NCBI GenBank assembly: GCA_045047305.1
Contig: JASFYO010000002.1
Span: forward strand, 64,001 to 128,000
DNA length: 64,000 bases
Origin: Planctomycetota bacterium
GTDB taxonomy: Bacteria > Planctomycetota > UBA1135
Direction: 5' to 3'
A program made the position numbers and the translations under genes. The notes under the pieces are model-generated. The model ran no database searches. It was not told where the DNA came from and saw only the letters and a program-made list of their open reading frames with translations. Positions within the stretch are counted from its first letter, which is position 1. The number at the start of each line of letters is the position of its first letter. This document shows positions 49,474-58,900 of this stretch, piece by piece.

Positions 49474-50525
49474 TAGGCCAAATCCTCTCCGTCGGAGAGG
49501 AAGGATGCGTAAAGGTCGAGGTCTTCGAGGAACTTGGCAGTTCCACGCACCACTGCGGTCAATGGATCCTTGCCGATTTTACATGGCAAACCCGTATTCT
49601 TGGTCATGTACTCACTCAAGCCTGGAAGCAATGCACCACCGCCTACGATGACGATGCCTTGATCCAGCAAGTCGGAGCCAATTTCCGGTGGTGCCATTTC
49701 TAGACAATCCAAAACCGCACGCATAATGCCGCGCAGTGGGACGTCGAGTGCATCACGGATTTCTTCTGAATTGAGGACTGCCTTGCGCGGCATCAGGTTC
49801 AGGGTATCGCGACCTGCAATCTCTAAAGTCTTTTCTTCCTTGAGGGCCCAAGCCGAACCGATGGTTATCTTTAACTGCTCAGCAGTTTGTGGACCAATCT
49901 GCAAGTTATGACTCTTGCGGATGAAATCGACGATAGCATCGTCCATGTTGTCGCCTGCCATCTTCACCGACTTCACCGAAACCGGCCCACCGAGTGCAAG
50001 AATCGCAACCTCGGTAGTTCCACCGCCGATGTCGACGACCATGGAGCCTTCCGCTTCCGTAATCGGCAATTCGACACCGAGCCCAGCCGCCATCGGCTCA
50101 TCGACAAGGAATACTTTGCGTGCTCCAGCGCGCTCAGCGGAGTTAATCACCGCGCGACGCTCTACTGTGGTAATCCCAGATGGAACTGAAATCACGACCC
50201 GTGGGCGAACCCAAGAGCGGCCTTCTTGCGACTTGCGCAGGAAGTAGCGCAACAGCTTCTCGGTGACTTCAAAGTCTGCGATCACACCGCCCTTCATTGG
50301 GCGCACTGCGTCAATGTTGATCGGCGTTTTACCCAACATGCGGTAAGCCTCAATGCCTACGCCTTGGCCATCCAAGATGACCTCATTGGTGCCCTTGTAA
50401 ACCGCGACCACCGAAGGCTCATTCAAAATGATGCCGCGCTCCTGCGACGCAACCAAAGTATTGGCTGTGCCGAGGTCAATGCCGAGGTCCTCAGAAAGGG
50501 AGAACCGACGAAAAAGCCAATCCAT
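49473..50525 (-). CDS. mreB: Rod-shape actin homolog MreB
   Basis: GIDLGTANT, EPSVVA, RPMKGGVIADF, EPMAA, DIGGGTTE, GGGALL. Confidence 0.97.
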   Translation of the reverse strand: MDWLFRRFSLSEDLGIDLGTANTLVASQERGIILNEPSVVAVYKGTNEVILDGQGVGIEAYRMLGKTPINIDAVRPMKGGVIADFEVTEKLLRYFLRKSQEGRSWVRPRVVISVPSGITTVERRAVINSAERAGARKVFLVDEPMAAGLGVELPITEAEGSMVVDIGGGTTEVAILALGGPVSVKSVKMAGDNMDDAIVDFIRKSHNLQIGPQTAEQLKITIGSAWALKEEKTLEIAGRDTLNLMPRKAVLNSEEIRDALDVPLRGIMRAVLDCLEMAPPEIGSDLLDQGIVIVGGGALLPGLSEYMTKNTGLPCKIGKDPLTAVVRGTAKFLEDLDLYASFLSDGEDLA

Positions 50526-50624
50526 GTGTAGGAAGTGTTGGGGTTTGGAAGCGGATGCAGTTCCTTGCGCAGTATAGGGACCCTTTCCTTGGGATTAAAG
50601 CACCACAGAACAAAACAGGGTCCG

Positions 50625-50669
50625 CAAAAGGAAAGAAGGCCGGAACCATTTCTGATTCCGGCCTTCTTT
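50625..50669 (-). terminator. Intrinsic terminator after the small basic protein gene
   Basis: 14-bp perfect stem AAAGAAGGCCGGAA (50632-50645) / TTCCGGCCTTCTTT (50656-50669), followed by CCTTTTG on the minus strand. Confidence 0.85.
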
Positions 50670-50682
50670 GATTTGGCTTGTT

Positions 50683-50928
50683 CTACTTACCGTAGTTACC
50701 GGAGAACAAGGCGCCCATCCCGTAGTTGGTGCCTGAGGAGTGATCAATCATGATGACCGCTGCCAAAAGCATTACTGCAGTGACGATGCTCAGAACCACT
50801 TCCATTGGAGGGCCTGGGCTGACTTCCTTAGCTTCCTTGACCTTTTTGGCCTTCTTAGCTTTAGGAGCCTTCTTTCCGCCACCCTTTGCAGGAGCGGCTT
50901 TCTTAGCGTTACGTCGACGTGCTGCCAT
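50683..50928 (-). CDS. Small membrane protein with a Lys/Ala-rich N-terminal tail
   Basis: 81 aa; SD AGGAG 7 nt upstream; basic KAKKAKK tail then one TM helix; followed by a terminator. Confidence 0.75.
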   Translation of the reverse strand: MAARRRNAKKAAPAKGGGKKAPKAKKAKKVKEAKEVSPGPPMEVVLSIVTAVMLLAAVIMIDHSSGTNYGMGALFSGNYGK

Positions 50929-50939
50929 CTGGAGACTCC

Positions 50940-51794
50940 TTACAGGCGAGTGGTGACGCGGTCGCCAGCGGTGATTGCGCCGTTACCGTCGAGGACAACC
51001 GTTGCAGCAGACTTGGTCTGGTTCACGGAGTGGACGTAGATGCGACCCTTGTAAGTCGAACCGTTAAAGACGTCGTAGGTGTAGCCAGGCTGAACGTTGT
51101 TGTCCTTGCCCAAGTTCACAACCACGTAGGTGGTGTTATCCACCGTCTCAACACTCAACACCGAGCCATCCATCTGCGGCTGCGCACCAATCTGCTCGAT
51201 GTCGACCTTGTACAGGCTAACCACCGTTGCGAGCTTGGCTTCAGCAGCGGAGGAACGCTCCATTTCACGATCCAGCTTAATCTGGAGATCATGGGCAGCG
51301 CCATTCGCCATGTTGGCGGAATCCTCTGCAGCGTTTGCACTTGCAAGAGCTGCATCACGCGAGTCCAGAGCATCGTCGCGCTCTTGGCGGACGGCTTCGA
51401 ACTGACGGTGCAAGCCTTCAAGCTGCGTGGACTGTTGACCGTTGGTACCTTCGAGGTCACCAAGCTTGCCATCAATCACCTGCAGGCTTTCGCGCAGATC
51501 TGAGTTTTGCTGACGCTCAGACTCGAGGCTCTCAGTGAGAGCTGTCTTGTCGGCAGTGAGGGTGCTGTTGTCGTTGCGCAGCTGACTACTGATGCTGTTA
51601 GCTGTGCGCAGTTGAGCGGTGAGGTCGCTAACTTCGGCAGTAGAGCTGGCTTCAAGGTCGGCGACGACCTGTTGCTCAGCTTCATACTTGCCTCGGTACT
51701 CCTCGCTATGCCCAATCAGGGAAGCGGCTGCCCCCACGAAAAGGGCAGACAATGCAAGGTTCAAAACGACAAAAAACTTTCCGATGGTACTCAT
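50940..51794 (-). CDS. Membrane-anchored long coiled-coil protein with a C-terminal beta domain
   Basis: N-terminal TM, about 170 aa of heptad-rich helix, C-terminal VVVNLGKDNNVQPG...GRI.V..V....S.A...AGDRV. Confidence 0.8.
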   Translation of the reverse strand: MSTIGKFFVVLNLALSALFVGAAASLIGHSEEYRGKYEAEQQVVADLEASSTAEVSDLTAQLRTANSISSQLRNDNSTLTADKTALTESLESERQQNSDLRESLQVIDGKLGDLEGTNGQQSTQLEGLHRQFEAVRQERDDALDSRDAALASANAAEDSANMANGAAHDLQIKLDREMERSSAAEAKLATVVSLYKVDIEQIGAQPQMDGSVLSVETVDNTTYVVVNLGKDNNVQPGYTYDVFNGSTYKGRIYVHSVNQTKSAATVVLDGNGAITAGDRVTTRL

Positions 51795-51894
51795 CCCAGA
51801 TGGTGCGGGCTTGTTATGGGGAGGTGAAGCGCAGGGTCGCGCGGGGCTCAGTCTAGGCGTGCGTGGGCATTGGGTTTACGCCTGAGAAGCGAAA

Positions 51895-51923
51895 AATCTA
51901 CCCCAACCCTAGAGAAGGGTCAA
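51895..51923 (-). promoter_or_regulatory. Sigma-70-type promoter TTGACC-17-TAGATT
   Basis: -35 matches at 5/6, -10 is TAnnnT, spacing is exactly 17 nt; about 100 nt upstream of the 51794 ATG. Confidence 0.65.
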
Positions 51924-51927
51924 GCGC

Positions 51928-53547
51928 TTAGGCCTTCTTGCGCTGAGAAGCCCGCTTAACAAGCTTTTCACCCCAGACCATCAAGCAAAAAAGAAGTCCG
52001 ATGGCGGCCCAAATGGGCGCCATCAACCATCCGCCGCGGCAGTATGGAGTCAGTGCGGCGCCTACGGGGGCAACCGGAAGATCCACCGCCCACCATCCCT
52101 TCGTGTTGGGTTCAATCCCGTAAATCACTTCTCCATCTGATCTTACGAGACATGTATAGCCAGTGTTGGTAGCTCGGAGCATCGCTAAGCCGACCTCGGC
52201 AGCACGCAAACGGGTGGCAGCAATCATTTGATGCATTTCTAGACCCTCTTCTCCGAACCAATCCTCATTCGAAAGGATGACGAATGCCTGGGCTCCGGCA
52301 TTGGCTTGTCGACGGTATGGAGCTTCAAAAACATTTTCCCAACAAACCGTGCCTCCAATCTCGGGAAGATTCCCAATTCCGGCTAACGGGCCCGCATCCT
52401 GCGTAATGTTGAAGTCAGGACGGAGACCAAAGGTGTTGTGCGCCCAGCGACGAAATGCTTCTGTACCTGGGAGTAAGCCCCAAAACGGTATGGATTCACC
52501 AAATGGCACCAACTCTTGCTTGGAGAAATGATGCAGTAGATCACCGCGGTCATTGAAAAGCACAAACTCCGTCCCCCTAGGGGAGTACTCTGATTCCAGA
52601 TTCTCCTTGGTGACGGGATAATAGAAGTGGGCGCCGGTAAGGAAATACGGGGTGTTCGTAGCTGCCGCAAGAAGGCTTTTCACCTTTTCCTTTTGACGTA
52701 AGGCCACCAAATCCATACTCACGATTTCGTCTTCGCGACCAGGCCAAGGGCGGCGCAAAAAGCCGCCTATATCTTCCTCGCAGCCAGGATAAGGCCACAT
52801 GGTTTCAGCCCAAATCACCAAATCTGCTTTCACCCCCATCGCAAAGGCTTCCCAAGTAACATCGCGTTGACGCTCGTAGAAGGTCTTTGCCGACATCAGC
52901 ACTCCATTCTTATCCTCCACGGAAACGTTTGGCTGTACGGTTAAGCAACGCAGAGTTTCACTGGGCTGTTTCGCACTAGCGAGCCAAGGACTGCCACCTA
53001 TCAACAAGACTCCCAGCACCAAGCTTGGACGTAAGTTGCGTGCAAAGATAAGCGACCAAAGTGAAACCCCAACACCAACCGCAAGCACTACCAAACCAGC
53101 CTCCCCGAAGACGCGCGCGTAGGGATAGAACGGAGAAGGTTCCAAAGCCAACCCCATCGAAGCCCATGGCACCCCACCGACTCCAAGATAAAACACCTTC
53201 ATGCGCAGGAACTCTGCCGCTGGCAAAGCAAAAAAAGCCGCAAACGATGCTGGAAGCCTAGAACGTAATGCACGGTAGAGCAATCCTTCCACAAACCAAC
53301 AGCTGGCCAGAATGAGCGCCGCTCCAAGCGGAGCCAAAACGTGAACGTGGATTAGAAAAGAAAAGCTAAGCGTCCAATAAACCAAGCCGCCGACATAATC
53401 CACCCACAACCGAGGCTGCTTCTCCCAGGCCATGATGCGCAGCACCACAGAAACAAAAATGAGCGGCCACATCCAATCCCCAAACCAACCCGGCAACGCG
53501 AATGCGCGGGTGAGGGCAGCAAAAACACATAGCCAAAGCGCGGGCAC
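51928..53547 (-). CDS. lnt: Apolipoprotein N-acyltransferase
   Basis: Multi-TM; GGVPW; QPNV; WAET (E), KQELVPFGE (K), VCWEN (C), SNEDWF, RATNTG. GTG 53547 overlaps the moeA TAG. Confidence 0.9.
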   Translation of the reverse strand: MPALWLCVFAALTRAFALPGWFGDWMWPLIFVSVVLRIMAWEKQPRLWVDYVGGLVYWTLSFSFLIHVHVLAPLGAALILASCWFVEGLLYRALRSRLPASFAAFFALPAAEFLRMKVFYLGVGGVPWASMGLALEPSPFYPYARVFGEAGLVVLAVGVGVSLWSLIFARNLRPSLVLGVLLIGGSPWLASAKQPSETLRCLTVQPNVSVEDKNGVLMSAKTFYERQRDVTWEAFAMGVKADLVIWAETMWPYPGCEEDIGGFLRRPWPGREDEIVSMDLVALRQKEKVKSLLAAATNTPYFLTGAHFYYPVTKENLESEYSPRGTEFVLFNDRGDLLHHFSKQELVPFGESIPFWGLLPGTEAFRRWAHNTFGLRPDFNITQDAGPLAGIGNLPEIGGTVCWENVFEAPYRRQANAGAQAFVILSNEDWFGEEGLEMHQMIAATRLRAAEVGLAMLRATNTGYTCLVRSDGEVIYGIEPNTKGWWAVDLPVAPVGAALTPYCRGGWLMAPIWAAIGLLFCLMVWGEKLVKRASQRKKA

Positions 53548-54782
53548 TAGTGGCACTCCAATGGCAAGTAGTGGATGACGTCGCCGCTGGACAGGTTTTG
53601 CTGAGGCTCCATGAAAAGCAGGACCTCCGCACTGGCTAGGCTGGTCCAGTCGCCAGATCCAAATTCTTGGGTAGGCATTACAGTTAATGTGAGGTCGGAG
53701 GTGAACTTGCCGGGCAAGAAACGTGGGCGCGCGCGGCTGCGGACATCGCCCTGTAGGCGAGCAGTGCGCATGGTACGTGGATATTCCACGGAGCATCCAG
53801 CAAGACGGTCCATAAGTAGACGACCAAATAATTCCAGCACCACAAAGGAGGACACCGGATTACCAGGCAAGCCCAACACAAAACGCCCCCCTCTCTCACC
53901 AGCCCATACCGGCTTACCAGGTTGCACATCAACCTTATGGAAGAGTTGCTCCACCTCTAAGGCGCCAAATACCTGTGGAAGATAATCCTTCTCCCCCATG
54001 CTGACACCACCAATGGTCACCACCAAATCAGCAATTCCCAGGGCTTGATCGACCGCTTGCAACAAGGCCTCTTTTTGATCTAAAACATGATGGTGGGCAA
54101 CCACGTCGGCGCCGAAGGATTCCACTTGCACCTTAGCCAACAAGCGGTTGGAATCGCGCACTTGATGCGCTTTCGGCATCGCTTCAAAAGGAACCACCTC
54201 ATCGCCGGTAGCCAAGATCACCACCTTGGGCCTGGCGTAAACCAGCAGCGGATCGACACCACACCCTGCAATCGCGCCTAAATCGGCAACCCGGAGCCTC
54301 TGCCCAGGATTCAGGATGACGCGCCCCTTCACGCCTATCTCCCCCGCCTTACGCACATGCTGCCCAGGGGTGGGGACGGCCTCAATCGATAGAATTTCCC
54401 CCTCCCGGGTGGTGCGTTCCACTGGAATCACAGCGTCGGCACCATCAGGAACTGTCCCGCCGGTCATCACCGCAACCGCTTGCCCATGCTGCAGGCAAGT
54501 TTGACCTTCCGTTCCAGCAAAGTAGGTGCCTACAATGCGACGCGCGGCAAGGCCATCGGCACTGATGAGAGCAAAACCGTCCATTGCCGAACGTCTTACC
54601 GGTGGTTCATCGCGGTCCAAAGCAATCTCTTGAGCCAACACGCGACCGACCGCCTGCTGCAAGGGGACATGTTCCGTGGATGGGATTCTCTGAAAACGAC
54701 CCTCCAACACTTGGAGAGCTTCCGCGTATGGAAGCAAGTCCCCCCCCCCACTTGATTGCGATGTTTGCGATTGAGTGCCCAT
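53547..54782 (-). CDS. moeA: Molybdopterin molybdotransferase MoeA
   Basis: GRVLA, SAMDGFA, MTGG.VP.GADAV, TGDEV, DSN, GGVSMGEKD, PGKP, LPGNPVS. Start is ATG 54782 or TTG 54737. Confidence 0.92.
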   Translation of the reverse strand: MGTQSQTSQSSGGGDLLPYAEALQVLEGRFQRIPSTEHVPLQQAVGRVLAQEIALDRDEPPVRRSAMDGFALISADGLAARRIVGTYFAGTEGQTCLQHGQAVAVMTGGTVPDGADAVIPVERTTREGEILSIEAVPTPGQHVRKAGEIGVKGRVILNPGQRLRVADLGAIAGCGVDPLLVYARPKVVILATGDEVVPFEAMPKAHQVRDSNRLLAKVQVESFGADVVAHHHVLDQKEALLQAVDQALGIADLVVTIGGVSMGEKDYLPQVFGALEVEQLFHKVDVQPGKPVWAGERGGRFVLGLPGNPVSSFVVLELFGRLLMDRLAGCSVEYPRTMRTARLQGDVRSRARPRFLPGKFTSDLTLTVMPTQEFGSGDWTSLASAEVLLFMEPQQNLSSGDVIHYLPLECH

Positions 54783-54843
54783 GATGCCGTCAGCTTGACC
54801 TACGAAGGCCTCATAATAGGGTCCCCCGTGTTCCTCATCCGCC

Positions 54844-55977
54844 ATGACCTCCCTTAAGCCCACCCTGCTCTCCCTTTCTCTGCTAGTGGCGTTCAGTTGC
54901 TCCCGCCTAGCCGAGAAGGATGACACCTCCTCTGAGGTTTCCGCCCCTGAAGTCGAAGCAGAGGTTGTGAAAAAGGAGCCTGTGTTGGTGCGTGCCTCGC
55001 ACCTAAGCATGGGCGACGTGGAGAAAACCCTCGAATCCAGCGCCAACGTCATGTCGATGGATGTGGTGGACTTGATGCCAGAACGCGCCGAGCCGGTGGT
55101 CGAAATTTTGGTAGAGGAAGGCGACTTGGTGGTTGCAGGACAGGTGCTGGCACGCTTGCGCGACGCCAATGCCAAGCTCGCCGTTGCCGAAGCCGATGTG
55201 CGGGTGGTTGAAACGCGGCAAGCCATGGAGCAAGCTGAGCGTGAGTTCGACCGCGATAAAAAGCTGATGGAGACTGGCGGTCCAACCGGAGTTTTGTCCG
55301 ACCGGGTTTTCGAAACCAGCCGTCAAACTTGGGACGCAAGCAAAACCGCCCACCAAACCGCAACGGTAGCCAAGGAGCGGGCTCTTTTGGAGTTGGCGCA
55401 ATGTAACCTCATTTCCCCAATCAGCGGCACCGTCAGTGTGCGCGACATTTCGGTCGGTGACATGGCCACCGTTGGCGCGCGCGCTTTTGAAATCACCGAT
55501 CAGAGCAAACCCAAGATGGTGCTTTTCCGCCCGCAGCGGGAGCTCATGGATCTTCGTGTTGGTCAACGCCTGACCGCCTTTTCGGATGCCTTCCCGGGCA
55601 TCATCGTGGATGGCTACATTGAACGCATTGCGCCGACTGTGGACCTCGCTACCGGAACTGTAAAAGTGACCGCGGCATTAGAGCCGAAGGAACAATTAAT
55701 TCCAGTCGGGATTTTGGCCAAGCTGGTACTGGTTATGGAGCGACATGAAAATGTTTTGCTCATCCCAAAGAAGGCTCTCGTCCACGAAGGCAGTCAAGTA
55801 TTTTGCTATGCGGTCCGTGACAACCTAGCGGTCCGGGTCGAAGTCTTTGAGGGGTATGAAAACGAAGACATGGTGGAAGTTGCAGAAGGCACCGACTTAA
55901 CCATCGATGATTTAGTCGTGGTGGTTGGAGCGGATCGCATTGGTGATGGCGATCCTGTGGAGCTCGCAGACGAATGA
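54844..55977 (+). CDS. RND efflux periplasmic adaptor (MFP), lipoprotein
   Basis: Lipobox AFSC; VEEGD.V.AGQVLARL, SPISG.V, IAPTVD.ATGT.KV. Confidence 0.92.
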   Translation: MTSLKPTLLSLSLLVAFSCSRLAEKDDTSSEVSAPEVEAEVVKKEPVLVRASHLSMGDVEKTLESSANVMSMDVVDLMPERAEPVVEILVEEGDLVVAGQVLARLRDANAKLAVAEADVRVVETRQAMEQAEREFDRDKKLMETGGPTGVLSDRVFETSRQTWDASKTAHQTATVAKERALLELAQCNLISPISGTVSVRDISVGDMATVGARAFEITDQSKPKMVLFRPQRELMDLRVGQRLTAFSDAFPGIIVDGYIERIAPTVDLATGTVKVTAALEPKEQLIPVGILAKLVLVMERHENVLLIPKKALVHEGSQVFCYAVRDNLAVRVEVFEGYENEDMVEVAEGTDLTIDDLVVVVGADRIGDGDPVELADE

Positions 55978-58900
55978 ACAAGCAGGAATCACAAAGCGGC
56001 GGTTTTGGGGGCTTGTTCGCTCTAGGTGTACGCCGGCCGGTGGGCATGGGCATGATTGTCGCCGCGGCGGTGGTCTTCGGCATCATCTCGCTTGGCAAAC
56101 TACCGGTGGACTTGTTGCCACCTATCAATTATCCCTCGCTTACTGTGCGCACCACCTACTCCGGAGCTGCTCCGGAAGATGTAGAGGAGCGCGTGACCGA
56201 ACGCCTGGAAGATGTGCTTTCCACCGTTGGACATTTGGTGCATATCAGTTCCAGTTCGCGGGCAGAGGTTTCAGAAATCCTGATGGAGTTCGAATGGGGT
56301 GCGAATCTTCCATTCCTAGTGCAAGATGTGCGTGAACGCCTAGACCGGGTGTTTTTGCCCAACGGCGTGGAGAAACCGCTCATCCTGCGTTACGACCCGA
56401 GCTTGGATCCCGTACTACGCATTGCACTCTCCGGGGGCACCGATTTAGTGCGTTTGCGCGGCATCGCCGAATCCGAGGTCGAGCGTCAGTTGGAAGGGCT
56501 GCCTGGAGTGGCAGCGGTGCGGGTGAAAGGCGGGCTTGAAGACGAAGTCCACGTTCTATTTGACCCTCAAAAACTTGCGCGGTTCGGACTCTCCGGCGAA
56601 GACATTCGGCAACGTTTAATCGACGAAAATCTCAACGTTCCTGGGGGCAAGCTGGAAGAGGGCTCGGTGGAATACGTTGTGCGCACACTCAACCAATTCC
56701 GTACTCTCGATGAGATTCGGGATTTGCCGATCCTGACCGTAGAGCAGACCACCGTAAAGCTGCGTGACATCGCGACGATTTCACGTGGGAGCAAAGACCG
56801 CGACGTCGTGCAACGAGTCGCGGGCGCAGAGGCGGTGGAGATTGCGGTTTATCGCGAAGCTGGCGCTAATATTGTTTCGGTAGCACAGGAGGTACGTGCA
56901 AAGCTATTCGGCAAGGTAGTCGACACCAGTCGTCCGCCACCCAAGGACGATTTTGAAAGCGATTCTGCCGATGACCTTGCTCCTGAGAGGCCGGATTACA
57001 TCGCTGCAAAACTACCCTCCGATGTCAAGCTCACCCTGCTTTCCGACCAATCCACTTTCGTCGCTGACGCGATCTCGGAAGTCAACCGCGCCGCCATGTT
57101 TGGTGGCATTTTCGCGGTCCTAGTTTGTTACTTCTTCCTTAGAAGATTCGGTACCACTTTCATCATCGGCCTCGCCGTACCGATTTCAATCGTTGCCACC
57201 TTCGGCGCTATGTACAGCTCTGGTGTTTCGATGAACATCATGTCTTTGGGTGGTCTCGCCCTTGGTATTGGCATGTTGGTGGACAACGCGATTGTGGTGC
57301 TCGAATCCATCACCCGGTGCCGAGAAGAGGGTGACTCCCCGAGCGATGCAGCCATTCGCGGCGTCGCCGAAGTAGGCAGCGCAGTCACAGCGTCTACCCT
57401 GACCACGATTGCGGTCTTTGCTCCCATCATCTTCGTTGAGGGCATTGCAGGGCAAACCTTTGGCGATCAAGCTTTGACCGTAGTCGCGTCTTTGCTCATT
57501 TCCCTAGCCGTCGCCTTGTTCTTTATTCCGGGGCTAGCAGCGCGGATCCAGCTTACGGATCAAGACAAACAAGAAGGTGGCGTGGGCGGCATAATCGGGC
57601 GCATGAGCGCGCAACTTTTGCCGCACATTCGTTCTGGCAAGCTGTTTCAGGGACTACTTCAAACCAAACGTGTCCGCTTCTTGGTGGGCAGTGCTGTTTG
57701 TGGCGTGGCCGCTGCAGTCTTGGTGTTGGTCGTTCTCCCTCCAATGGATGACGAGTGGGTCAAGCAAGGCATGAAGCTCAAAGGCGATTGGAATCCCGTG
57801 CCGAAAGATGTGCGGCAAAGCATGGCGCTCTTAAAGTTCATCGGGATATTGCTATTCCTGCCATTCCTTTGGATTTGGGGACAACCTGCAATCGCATTTC
57901 TTTCGCGCTTACTGTTCGACGTTCTCGGGCTAGGACTTTTTGTGGTCAAGGCTTTGTTAGGCGCAGTTCTGTTTGCAGTCAAGATTGCACTTTGGCCTCC
58001 CTCGTTCTTGTTGAACTTAATTTTCACCCTGTCAGAAAAGACTTACCCTCTAGTCTTACGTGGGGCCTTGCGTGCACCTGCGATTGTGCTGTTTATCGCC
58101 ATGGGCTTGGCCGCCCTCAGCTTCCGGGGCGCCAGCGACATGGGTCGCGAACTCTTACCCGAAGTCATGCAAGGTGAATTCACCGCAGAGCTGTATTTCC
58201 CGGCAGGCACACCGCTGTTGGAAACCGATCTTCTCGCGCGCAAAATGGAGCAGAAAATCCGCAACTTGGATGGTGTTCTGGAAACCGCGATTACTTCCGG
58301 CGCCGACCGCGAGACGGTTTCTACGGAAGAAACCGGGCCACACACGGCTCGCATTTCCATCCGCTTAGACCCCAAGGTAGCGGACCCTCACGCACTAGAG
58401 CGTAGCGCGGAAGCGCAAATCCGTGGGCTGATGGAAAGAGAACCAGCCTTGGCGCGCTTCTCCTTACGCCGGCCGACACTCTTGGCCCTGAATGCGCCGT
58501 TAGAGATCGAAATCATTGGCGACAATCTCGACACTCTTGCCGAAGTCTCTAAACGCACACAAGCAGCATTGCAGGACATTCCTGGCTTGGTCGACATTCG
58601 TTCTTCCTTGCGTCGCGGCAACCCGGAAATCCGAATCACACCAGACCGTGTCATGCTGGCACGCCATGGCTTAACAGCTGCGCAGATTTCCAGCCGCTTA
58701 CGCCTCGCAGTCGAAGGCGAAACCGCATCGACCTTCCCGGGCAGGGACGAACGCATCGACATTCGTGTCCGCGCCGACATGGATGGCATGAAGCGCGTTG
58801 AACAGCTCATGGATTTGCCGATTAACCCAGATGCGGAACATCCGTTGCCACTGAGTGCCGTCGCGCACTTTGAGCTGCAAGATGGGCCAAGCGATATCCG

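Noticed and set aside
53557..53796. Extension of the Lnt ORF into moeA
   Set aside because: It overlaps moeA in another frame; a coupled GTG at 53547 or 53556 explains the gene.
54783..55226. Apparent long N-terminal extension or fusion on MoeA
   Set aside because: It is the antisense shadow of the RND adaptor gene.
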